Shown piece after piece: positions 7,243 to 15,286 of a DNA stretch of 40,147 nucleotides (positions within the stretch are counted from its first letter, which is position 1; each line of letters begins with the position of its first letter). Location of the stretch: NCBI GenBank assembly GCA_041648535.1, contig JBAZOX010000001.1:1-40147 (forward strand), read 5' to 3'. Position numbers and translations under genes: made by a program. The notes beneath the pieces were generated by a model. The model saw only the letters and a list, made by a program, of their open reading frames with translations. It had not been told where the DNA came from and searched no databases. The stretch is from Desulfobacteria bacterium. Its GTDB lineage: Bacteria; Desulfobacterota; UBA8473.

Positions 7243-7589
7243 TGGCCATTCATCGAGGAGAGATTTATTTTGTCAATTTGAATCCCGTGAAGGGACGAGA
7301 GCAAGCGGGACAACGTCCAGTATTGGTTTTATCTGTAAATGCCATTAATAAACTACCTCTTGTGGTCACGGTTGTTGTTGGAACAAAGGGCGAAAACATT
7401 TCTCGTGATTATCCGACAAATGTCCGTGTATCGCCAGAAGATAGTGGTTTGCAGATAGAGACAGTTTTCTTATGCTTTCAAGTTCGATCATTGGATCCCA
7501 AACGGTTTCCCGAAAAACCGGCTGGCAAGGTTTCAGATGAGGTATTAAAAAAGATTGAGATGGCCGTTCGTTACTGCCTTGGTCTGTGA
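7242..7589 (+). CDS. mazF: MazF/PemK-family endoribonuclease toxin
   Basis: RGEIYFVNLNPVKGREQAGQRPVLVLS matches the PemK/MazF N-terminal signature. Confidence 0.8.
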   Translation: MAIHRGEIYFVNLNPVKGREQAGQRPVLVLSVNAINKLPLVVTVVVGTKGENISRDYPTNVRVSPEDSGLQIETVFLCFQVRSLDPKRFPEKPAGKVSDEVLKKIEMAVRYCLGL

Positions 7590-7799
7590 CAAATGATAGG
7601 GTTAAAATATGAATCTAAATAAAGAGGCCCGAAGAACTTCAGATAACATATAATAAAGGCACAGTGTCAAAAGAAAAGGATTTGGTAGGCTTAAGAAATG
7701 CTAATGTTTTGAGGAACTAAAATAATAAAAAGGGTTGGACGGAATGAGGATGTTAAAAGGGATATTAGTGATAGCTATGATAAGATAGGGGGTTGAAGG

Positions 7800-8018
7800 A
7801 TGCCAATATATGAATATAGATGTGACCTTTGTGGGGAAGAGTTTGAGGAATTGGTATTCGGGACTTCTCCAAAGGTAAATTGTCCAAAATGTAAAAAGGC
7901 AAAGGTTACGAAGCTGATCTCTACCTTTAGTTTCAAGAGCGGCGGTAATTTTTCAAGCTCTGCCGGGGACAGTAGTTGTGGAACTTGTTCATCACACAAC
8001 TGCAGTTCGTGTCATTAG
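7800..8018 (+). CDS. FmdB-family zinc-ribbon protein
   Basis: MPIYEYRCDLCGEEFE...CPKC plus a Cys/Ser-rich tail. Confidence 0.8.
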   Translation: MPIYEYRCDLCGEEFEELVFGTSPKVNCPKCKKAKVTKLISTFSFKSGGNFSSSAGDSSCGTCSSHNCSSCH

Positions 8019-8062
8019 TTCCCTTTTCCTTTTTTGCCTTGATCGATATGGAAAGGTTTTGA

Positions 8063-8725
8063 ATGAGGTACTACCCGATAAATATAGACATAACAGACAA
8101 GAGATGTGTTGTACTGGGTGGTGGAGGGGTTGCTGAGAGGAAGGTAGAATCACTTTTAAGATGCAGGGGGAGAGTAACTGTAATAAGTCCTGATTTGACC
8201 CCCCGATTAAAAGATCTCCTATCCCATAGCAAAATTCAACATTTATGCAGAGTCTACCAGAGAGGAGATTTTGAGGATGCCTTTCTGGTTTTTATTGCTA
8301 CTAATGATTCCATGGTAAATACCGAGGCCAGCCAGGAGGCTCTGGAAAAGGGGGTCCTGGTTAATGCAGTAGACACGCCAAAGAGATGTAACTTTATAGT
8401 TCCGTCTGTGGTAGATCGAGATGATTTGGTTATAACCATCTCTACCTCTGGGAAAAGCCCTGCCCTTGCTAAAAAAATAAGGGAAGAGCTGGAAGCCAGC
8501 TACGGAGAAGAGTACAGCAGCTTTCTGACCATAATGGGTGCTGTACGAGAAGGGCTGTTAAAGGCTAGTAACAATTCAGAAAAAAACAGAAAAATATTCT
8601 ACAGACTGGTAGACTCAAATATGCTTGCTCTTATAAAGGAAGGGAAAAAGGATAAGGTGGATAGTATCCTGTTGGATACTCTGGGTGAGGGGTACTCCTT
8701 GGGTGAATTGGGGATCGACCTCTAA
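8063..8725 (+). CDS. sirC: Precorrin-2 dehydrogenase / sirohydrochlorin ferrochelatase (SirC/CysG N-domain type)
   Basis: Has the VVLGGGGVAERKVESLL Rossmann motif, is 220 aa long, and sits upstream of hemA. Confidence 0.75.
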   Translation: MRYYPINIDITDKRCVVLGGGGVAERKVESLLRCRGRVTVISPDLTPRLKDLLSHSKIQHLCRVYQRGDFEDAFLVFIATNDSMVNTEASQEALEKGVLVNAVDTPKRCNFIVPSVVDRDDLVITISTSGKSPALAKKIREELEASYGEEYSSFLTIMGAVREGLLKASNNSEKNRKIFYRLVDSNMLALIKEGKKDKVDSILLDTLGEGYSLGELGIDL

Positions 8726-8745
8726 GTGTTATAAGGGTTTCAAAG

Positions 8746-9564
8746 ATGAACACACTGTTTTTCAAGATCGTATTGGTCTTTTATTTAGCCGGAACATTTA
8801 GCTATCTATTGTACCTGTTTAAACAAAGACCCCGCATTTCTAAGGCTGCCACTATTATCCTGACCAGTGGTTTTGTTTTTCATACCATAAGTTTAATCCT
8901 GAGGTATCTTGAAGCGGGGTACACCCCAATCACCAACCTTTATGAAGCGCCTTCATTCCTAGCATGGGCAATAGTTGGTGTCTACCTGTTTATTCAATTT
9001 AAATATAGGATTACTTCTCTTGGCTCCTTTATTTCCCCTGTCGCATCCATCTTAACCCTTGTCTCTTCTGCCTTTTCCAAAGAGATTGTCCCTCTCTCGC
9101 CTATATTGAGGAGCTTCTGGTTGCCTATTCATGTAATTCTGGCATTTCTAGGCGATGCTATTTTTGCCCTGGCCTTCTGTGCCGGAGTTATGTATCTGAT
9201 ACAGGAACATCAGATAAAGTCAAAAAAGATCGGCTCCTTTTACCATAGGCTGCCCTCTTTAAAGCTACTGGATGATATAAATCATTATTCTCTAACTATA
9301 GGGTTCCTCTTGCTTACCATGGCAATGGTTACCGGTTCAATATGGGCAAGGCACGCATGGGGGTCTTTCTGGAGCTGGGATGCCAAACAGGTCTGGTCAT
9401 TGCTTACATGGGTCTTTTATGCTGCCTTGCTGCACGGAAGGATAAATATAGGTTGGAGAGGGAGGGTAGCTGCCGTTTTTGCAATTCTTGGTTTTCTTGC
9501 AGTTATGTTTTCCTTCCTTGGCGTAAATACCCTGCTTTCAGGGTTACATACGTATGATAGATAA
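8746..9564 (+). CDS. CcsA/HemX-like cytochrome c assembly family membrane protein
   Basis: A polytopic membrane protein with the W-rich WGSFWSWDAKQVWSLLTW motif. It occupies the hemX-like position next to hemA. Confidence 0.75.
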   Translation: MNTLFFKIVLVFYLAGTFSYLLYLFKQRPRISKAATIILTSGFVFHTISLILRYLEAGYTPITNLYEAPSFLAWAIVGVYLFIQFKYRITSLGSFISPVASILTLVSSAFSKEIVPLSPILRSFWLPIHVILAFLGDAIFALAFCAGVMYLIQEHQIKSKKIGSFYHRLPSLKLLDDINHYSLTIGFLLLTMAMVTGSIWARHAWGSFWSWDAKQVWSLLTWVFYAALLHGRINIGWRGRVAAVFAILGFLAVMFSFLGVNTLLSGLHTYDR

Positions 9565-9602
9565 TTAAATTTTTCATTTTTCAGTATGAACTAAAGTAGA
9601 AG

Positions 9603-10871
9603 ATGCATATAATCGTAGTAGGTTTAAATCATAAGACGGCTCCTGTTGAATTGAGGGAAAGGCTGTACTTTCCATCAGAAAACATTGAAGAGCCTCTGAA
9701 AAGGGTAACAAGCCTACCACAGATTAGCGAGGCACTGATACTCTCTACCTGTAACAGGGTAGAGATTGTAGCAGTTACCAGAGATATTCGAGAAGGGACA
9801 GAGGAAATCAGGAATTTCCTGTCTTCCTATCACGGTATACCAATGAGCCAGTTAGATTCCTGCCTGTACTCTTATGACTCTTACGACGCTATTAAGCATA
9901 TCTTCCAGGTTGCTTCCGGTTTGGATTCTATGATTGTGGGAGAGCCTCAGATTTTAGGCCAGCTTAAGGATGCCTATAGCCTGACTAACAAGTATAAAAC
10001 CTCTGATGTAATACTCCATAGGTTTCTTCATAGGGCTTTTTCAGTTGCCAAAAAGGTAAGGACGGAGACCAAAATCGCTACGTCTGCTGTCTCTATAAGC
10101 TATGCCGCTGTTGAATTGGCCAAAAAGATTTTTGATACCTTAAAAAATAAGGTTGTTATGCTTATTGGCGCGGGAGAGATGTCTGAACTTGCAGCCAGAC
10201 ATTTACTGAACCATGGGGTTAAGGAAATTCTGATTGCCAACAGAACATACAGCAGAGCAGTAAAGTTAGCAGAAGAGCTGGGTGGCAGACCTGCTGTTTT
10301 TGAAGATATTACCCTGTTTCTGGACCAGGCAGATATTGTAATAAGTTCTACCGGCTCTGCCCATTATATCATAAGGTCTGATGATGTGGTAAGAGTCCTT
10401 AAGATACGAAAGCACAAACCTATGTTCTTTATTGATATTGCCGTCCCCCGAGATATTGACCCCAAGATAAACGATATTAGCAATGTCTATCTTTACGATA
10501 TAGATGACCTGGAAGGGCTAGTTGATTCCAATATAAAAATGCGGGAGGAAGAGGCCAAAAAGGCTGAAAGGATAATAGAGAAGGAAATAGGACAATTCAA
10601 TAAATGGTTGGGGACTTTAAGCGCTGTTCCTACGGTTATCTCCCTCAGGGAAAGGTTCGAGGAGATCAGGAAGAAGGAGGTAGAAAAGACCATTTCCAGT
10701 TTGAATGGAAGTTCAAAGGTTGATGTAAAGGCGCTGGATGCCCTTACCACTTCAATTATTAATAAGATACTTCACTATCCTGTGACTCAATTAAAGACGC
10801 TGGATAATACCCGTGAGGGAAATTACTTTGTTGATGCCGTGAGAAAACTGTTCGACTTAGAAGAGAAATAG
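9603..10871 (+). CDS. hemA: Glutamyl-tRNA reductase
   Basis: Contains VVGLNHKTAPVELRE, STCNRVE and GEPQILGQ motifs. Confidence 0.9.
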   Translation: MHIIVVGLNHKTAPVELRERLYFPSENIEEPLKRVTSLPQISEALILSTCNRVEIVAVTRDIREGTEEIRNFLSSYHGIPMSQLDSCLYSYDSYDAIKHIFQVASGLDSMIVGEPQILGQLKDAYSLTNKYKTSDVILHRFLHRAFSVAKKVRTETKIATSAVSISYAAVELAKKIFDTLKNKVVMLIGAGEMSELAARHLLNHGVKEILIANRTYSRAVKLAEELGGRPAVFEDITLFLDQADIVISSTGSAHYIIRSDDVVRVLKIRKHKPMFFIDIAVPRDIDPKINDISNVYLYDIDDLEGLVDSNIKMREEEAKKAERIIEKEIGQFNKWLGTLSAVPTVISLRERFEEIRKKEVEKTISSLNGSSKVDVKALDALTTSIINKILHYPVTQLKTLDNTREGNYFVDAVRKLFDLEEK

Positions 10872-10875
10872 CTTA

Positions 10876-10948
10876 GGTGGATAGACTGTAGACTGTTAGG
10901 CTGTAGGCTGTAGCCTAACAGCCTTCAGCCTATAGCCTAAACAACCTG
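10876..10948. repeat. Heptamer-hairpin element C (CTGTAGG-type, inverted orientation, terminal motifs missing)
   Basis: ttaggctgtaggctg (10895-10909) pairs with cagcctatagcctaa (10926-10940). It is homologous to the reverse complement of 15040-15121. Confidence 0.7.
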
Positions 10949-10977
10949 TTGTACTTGACATTAAAGGAACTATTATC

Positions 10978-12306
10978 GTGAAGAGGATACTGACAATAGC
11001 AGGTTCTGATTCCGGAGGAGGGGCAGGTATTCAGGCAGATTTGAGGACCATTGCCCTTTTGGGTGGTTTTGGGATGAGTGTAGTTACTGCCCTGACCGCC
11101 CAAAACACCCTGGGGGTTCAGGATGTCTATCCCATTTCCCCTGAATTTATAGAAAAACAGATAGATTCCGTTATCACAGATATAGGGGTGGATGTAGTTA
11201 AAACCGGGATGTTGGCTAATGCTCAGGTGATTAAGGTCGTTGCCAGGAAGATTAAAGAGTACAGGATAGAAAAACTCATCCTGGATCCCGTGATGGTAGC
11301 CAAGGGGGGGGAGCCCTTGCTGTCCAAAGATGCCATAGATACCCTTATCGAAGAACTGATACCCCTGGCTTTTCTCATTACCCCGAACCTGCCTGAGGCG
11401 TCGGCAATATGTAGAAAACCGGTCGAAAACCTGGACGAAATGAGGGAAGCTGCCAAAAATATCTACCAAAAGGGAGCAAAGAATGTCCTCATCAAGGGAG
11501 GCCATTTGCCGGGAAGATCAATAGACATCCTTTTTGACGGGAAAAGTTTTTTCGAGTATGATTCTGAAAGGATACATACTGAGAACACCCATGGGACAGG
11601 ATGCGTATATTCGGCAGCCTTGACTTTTGAGATTGCAAAAGGCAACCATATTCACCAGGCAGTTAAGAATGCCAAAGAGTTTGTGACCAGCGCCATCAGA
11701 AACTCTTTGCCTTTGGGTGGAGGACACGGTCCTGTCAACCCTTATGGTGTCTTCTCAAAAGAGATTCAACGTTACCATGTGATTTTCCAAGTTAAAGAGG
11801 CAGTTAGAGTGCTGAAAAAAGAAAAGATAGGACACCTTGTCCCGGAAGTTCAGTCAAATCTTGGCATGGCTCTTCCTTATGCAGAAAGGGTTGAAGACGT
11901 AGCCGCTGTACCAGGCCGTATTGTCCGTTTCGGAAATACTGTTGCAACTGTATCAGACCCTGAATTTGGAGCATCTCAGCATATAGCCAAAATCATCTTA
12001 ACTGTGATGAGGTACCAAAGCGATATGAGATCTGCCATGAATATAAGATACTCAGAGGACACTATTGAAAGATGCAAGAATATAGGGTTAAGGGTTAGAT
12101 ATTTTGACAGGAGAAAAGAGCCCGACCATGTTAAGGAAGCGGAGGGGTCTTCTCTAGAATGGGTAATGGAGAATTCACTGAAGGAGGAAAAAGGGATTCC
12201 AGATGTTATCTATGATACAGGAGACGTTGGCAAAGAACCCATGGTCAGAATACTCGGCAAAGATGCCAGGGAAGTTGTTGGAAAGGTTTTAAGGATTGCA
12301 GAGTGA
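10978..12306 (+). CDS. thiDN: ThiD-ThiN fusion (HMP/HMP-P kinase plus ThiN-type thiamine-phosphate synthase domain)
   Basis: The N-terminus ILTIAGSDSGGGAGIQADL is ThiD-like. The C-terminal roughly 180 aa (HLVPEVQSNLGMAL...VPGRIV...GASQHIAK) resembles the archaeal ThiN domain. GTG start after AAGGA. Confidence 0.75.
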   Translation: MKRILTIAGSDSGGGAGIQADLRTIALLGGFGMSVVTALTAQNTLGVQDVYPISPEFIEKQIDSVITDIGVDVVKTGMLANAQVIKVVARKIKEYRIEKLILDPVMVAKGGEPLLSKDAIDTLIEELIPLAFLITPNLPEASAICRKPVENLDEMREAAKNIYQKGAKNVLIKGGHLPGRSIDILFDGKSFFEYDSERIHTENTHGTGCVYSAALTFEIAKGNHIHQAVKNAKEFVTSAIRNSLPLGGGHGPVNPYGVFSKEIQRYHVIFQVKEAVRVLKKEKIGHLVPEVQSNLGMALPYAERVEDVAAVPGRIVRFGNTVATVSDPEFGASQHIAKIILTVMRYQSDMRSAMNIRYSEDTIERCKNIGLRVRYFDRRKEPDHVKEAEGSSLEWVMENSLKEEKGIPDVIYDTGDVGKEPMVRILGKDAREVVGKVLRIAE

Positions 12307-12360
12307 AGGGTTGAGAGAAGTCAGGGGTCAGGGTTCAGAATAATTATATAGGGGGGAAAA

Positions 12361-13644
12361 GTGACTAAATTATCAGATGCCAAAAAGGGAATAATCACTG
12401 ATGAAATGAAGAGGTGTGCTCTGGATGAAGGGGTGGAGGAAGAGTTTATCCGCCGTGGTATTTCAGAGGGCAATACGGTTATTACCCATAATGTTAAACA
12501 TAAATCCATAAAGCCTCTTGCCATTGGCAAGGGGTTAAGGACCAAGATAAATGCGAATATCGGGACATCTAAAGACCATGTTGATGTCAGTGAAGAGCTC
12601 GAAAAGATGAGGGTAGCCATAAAAGCAGGCGCTGATACCATTATGGACTTGAGTACATGGGGAGAAGTAGATGAGATAAGAAAAGTGATTATAAGAGAGT
12701 CTTCCGTCCCTATTGGGACTGTCCCTATCTATCAGGCGGCTGTTGAGACTGTACAGAAGAAAAAAGAGTCTATAGTCCACATGACAGTAGAGGATATCTT
12801 TAAAGTAATAGAGAAGCACGCTGAAGACGGTATTGATTTTATTACAGTCCACTGCGGCGTAACCCGTGAGTCTGTTGGAAGACTTAAAAGAGAAGGTCGA
12901 ATAATGGACATAGTCAGTCGAGGAGGGGCATTTTTGGTTGAGTGGATGGCATACAACAACAAAGAAAATCCCCTCTTTGAGCACTTTGATCGCTTACTGG
13001 ATATAGCCAGGGCATACGACGTTACCCTTAGTCTGGGAGATGGACTTCGACCAGGTTGCCTGGCTGATGCCACAGACAGAGGGCAGGTTCAGGAGTTGAT
13101 CCTTCTTGGAGAACTTACAGAAAGGGCATGGGCTGTGGATGTACAGGTTATGATCGAGGGGCCCGGGCATGTGCCTATCAATCAGATTGAAGCCAATGTC
13201 CTTTTAGAGAAAAGGTTATGTCATGGTGCCCCGTTCTATGTTCTAGGGCCATTGGTTACCGATCTGGCCCCCGGGTATGACCATATAACCTCTGCTATTG
13301 GAGGGGCAATTGCCGCGTCAGCCGGTGCAGATTTTCTTTGCTATGTGACCCCCTCAGAACATCTGGGGTTACCATCCGTCGATGATGTAAGAGAAGGTGT
13401 AATTGCCTCAAGGATTGCTGCCCATGCCGCGGATATAGCAAAAGGGATAAAAGGTGCTATAGAAGAAGACAACAGGATGGCCATGAGCCGAAAGAAACTG
13501 GACTGGGAAAGTCAGATCAATCTGGCTCTGGACCCTGAAAAAGCCAGAAGAATAAGGAACAGTAGAAAACCGGAGGACAGTGATGTCTGTACTATGTGTG
13601 GTGAATTTTGTGCCATTAAGATTGCCAGTAGAGGGTTAGAGTGA
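12361..13644 (+). CDS. thiC: Phosphomethylpyrimidine synthase ThiC
   Basis: Contains [15 protein letters not shown] and the C-terminal CTMCGEFCA cluster motif. Confidence 0.9.
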   Translation: MTKLSDAKKGIITDEMKRCALDEGVEEEFIRRGISEGNTVITHNVKHKSIKPLAIGKGLRTKINANIGTSKDHVDVSEELEKMRVAIKAGADTIMDLSTWGEVDEIRKVIIRESSVPIGTVPIYQAAVETVQKKKESIVHMTVEDIFKVIEKHAEDGIDFITVHCGVTRESVGRLKREGRIMDIVSRGGAFLVEWMAYNNKENPLFEHFDRLLDIARAYDVTLSLGDGLRPGCLADATDRGQVQELILLGELTERAWAVDVQVMIEGPGHVPINQIEANVLLEKRLCHGAPFYVLGPLVTDLAPGYDHITSAIGGAIAASAGADFLCYVTPSEHLGLPSVDDVREGVIASRIAAHAADIAKGIKGAIEEDNRMAMSRKKLDWESQINLALDPEKARRIRNSRKPEDSDVCTMCGEFCAIKIASRGLE

Positions 13645-13700
13645 TAACCATTCCTCTTTTGAATCCTTTCTTATTAAGAGAAGAAAGGAGGTGAGCATAA

Positions 13701-13793
13701 ATGCGATTTATTCATTGGCTCGCAAACATTCTCATAATAATCGGTATTGTTAGTCTATTAGTTGGTTTTGGTGTGAAGGTTTTTGCTGGGTAA
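13701..13793 (+). CDS. Small hydrophobic peptide MRFIHWLANILIIIGIVSLLVGFGVKVFAG (possibly the 5' half of a frameshifted ~64-aa membrane protein)
   Basis: AGGAGGTG lies 7 nt upstream of the ATG. A second hydrophobic reading frame continues to 13897. Confidence 0.35.
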   Translation: MRFIHWLANILIIIGIVSLLVGFGVKVFAG

Positions 13794-13953
13794 GCTTAGG
13801 ACCTGGTGGATTTCTACGATTTGCTGATACTTGTTTACTGGTAGGTATTGCGCTTTACCTAAAAGAAATTGTATGTGAGAAGATTAAGAAAGAATAGTTC
13901 CCAATAATTGTCCATTTTCGTGTATGGAAAGGATTCTTAAGAGGAATCTATTT

Positions 13954-14397
13954 TTAAATTTTTTCGCAGTATACCTTAAATACTACATTTCCCAGCCCGC
14001 CATTTCTCACGCTGCTGTCCATGCAACAGGCTTGATTTCGCCACATCTCGTTAGGGTCTAGGTCCGAAAGGATACGATCCATAACCATATAAGTCAAAGG
14101 AGCTATTCCAGCCAAAGCCCATAGACATACGCCAGGGAAGGTTGATTCTTTGGCGCTCAGCATGCACGCTCCATAGAAAACATACTTATCCCCAATTTTT
14201 GGCATAAGTTCACAATGGTCATTGATCTGAACAACCTCTGCTATCATTTTATAGGATCTGAATTTATGCATCCTATCTATAAATGACCATTGTTTTGCTG
14301 TCAGCCTGTCAAGTTCTTCATCTGTCCAGCCGATATTCCTTTTCATCTTTTCTCTGAGACTGCAAATTCGCTCGTTTGGTATCACCTCATTGACCAT
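13954..14397 (-). CDS. TIGR04076-like Cys-rich protein with N-terminal extension
   Basis: The C-terminal pattern C..MPKIGDKYVF...FPGVCLWA...ACCMD...GNVVFKV is recalled as TIGR04076-like. This was not verified by a search. Confidence 0.45.
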   Translation of the reverse strand: MVNEVIPNERICSLREKMKRNIGWTDEELDRLTAKQWSFIDRMHKFRSYKMIAEVVQINDHCELMPKIGDKYVFYGACMLSAKESTFPGVCLWALAGIAPLTYMVMDRILSDLDPNEMWRNQACCMDSSVRNGGLGNVVFKVYCEKI

Positions 14398-14610
14398 AAT
14401 AGTGCTCCTTTTTGAGTATTTGGCCGTGTTTCAAAAGAATTTGATTCGTCCTTGGGCTTTCTCAATCCCACTTTATAAATAGTAAAATAGACAATATTAA
14501 AAAGTCAACATTAATTTTACTGAAATAGGGCCACATATGAACATAAAACCATACAGTCTAATTTTTATGATTGACAAATATTGCTTTCACAAGGTAGACT
14601 TAGCCAAGAT

Positions 14611-14685
<75 letters not shown>

Positions 14686-14693
14686 GTAAAATC

Positions 14694-14730
14694 AAGGGGT
14701 TAGCCGATATTGGCTAACCCCTTTTCTTGT
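14694..14730 (+). terminator. Rho-independent terminator after tRNA-Thr
   Basis: aaggggttagcc (14694-14705) and ggctaacccctt (14712-14723) form a 12-bp stem, followed by a T-rich run. Confidence 0.7.
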
Positions 14731-14736
14731 TTGGTC

Positions 14737-14841
14737 TACTGCTTCATTATGTAAATATCTCCATTCGGCATTCTTTTCTTCAATAAGCCTCAATTTCCAT
14801 GGCCCGCCCCACTTCTTTATCTGCTTTTCTCGTAACAGCTC
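14737..14841 (-). pseudogene. C-terminal remnant of a GIY-YIG (YhbQ/UPF0213-like) nuclease gene
   Basis: ELLREKQIKKWGGPWKLRLIEEKNAEWRYLHNE resembles the conserved REKQIKKW..K..LIE..NP.W.DL tail. The GIY-YIG N-terminal half is absent, and the 5' part of the ORF is read from hairpin element F. Confidence 0.55.
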
Positions 14842-14938
14842 AGGTTCAAAGTTCCAAGGTTCACGGTTCAAGGTTAGACTGATGAAATATGAAGAGCACA
14901 AAGTAGCCAGCCGTGAACCTGACAACCTGAGTAATTGC
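14832..14938. repeat. Heptamer-hairpin element F (GTAACAGCTCAGG ... CCTGAGTAATTGC; GGTTCAA/GTGAACC arms)
   Basis: The left arm and centre are homologous to 26098-26203. Confidence 0.7.
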
Positions 14939-14951
14939 CAAAAGTTTTACT

Positions 14952-14978
14952 TAAAGTTTTTCACTTCTTTGCCGATTT
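14952..14978 (+). promoter_or_regulatory. Sigma-28 (FliA) promoter, copy 1
   Basis: TAAAGTTT, 11 nt, GCCGATTT. It is paralogous to 16769-16795. Confidence 0.65.
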
Positions 14979-15039
14979 AATACTTAGGTTGTTGCATAGG
15001 TTAAATTTGTTGCTATCGGTTCATTGGTTACATACGGTA

Positions 15040-15121
15040 TCACTACTCAGGTTGTTTAGACTGTAGGCTGTTAGGTCACAGGCTAACAGTCTACAGCCTA
15101 TCCACCCGAGCAGTTACTGTT
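15040..15121. mobile_element. Heptamer-hairpin element D inserted in the duplicated leader, flanked by CGGTA direct repeats
   Basis: The filled site is cata-CGGTA-[82 nt]-CGGTA-aaggg. The paralogous empty site at 16848-16860 is cata-CGGTA-aaggg. Confidence 0.7.
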
Positions 15122-15138
15122 CGGTAAAGGGATAAAAC

Positions 15139-15246
15139 ATGTCCGAGTTATTTTACTCCATCTCTGAGGTAGTTGATTTATTCTCAGGGGAAAGGTTATT
15201 CCTGTCATTGATCTACGATTGAAGTTCGGTATGGACTCACTCGAAT
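15139..15246 (+). pseudogene. Chimeric remnant: first 16 codons of the HTH gene fused to an internal cheW fragment
   Basis: 15123-15182 matches 16853-16912, and 15183-15246 matches cheW 17438-17501. The fused frame stops after 27 codons. Confidence 0.75.
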
Positions 15247-15286
15247 TTAATAAAAACCCAAAAAATAATCATCAGGAGGGATAAAA

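Noticed and set aside
10955-10976. TTGACA ... TATTAT just upstream of thiDN as a promoter
   Set aside because: The spacer is only 10 nt, which is incompatible with a sigma-70 promoter. AAGGA in between is better read as the SD for the GTG start.
10930-11505. 191-aa minus-strand ORF overlapping thiDN
   Set aside because: It is antisense to a clearly conserved ThiD domain. It has no SD and an unremarkable composition.
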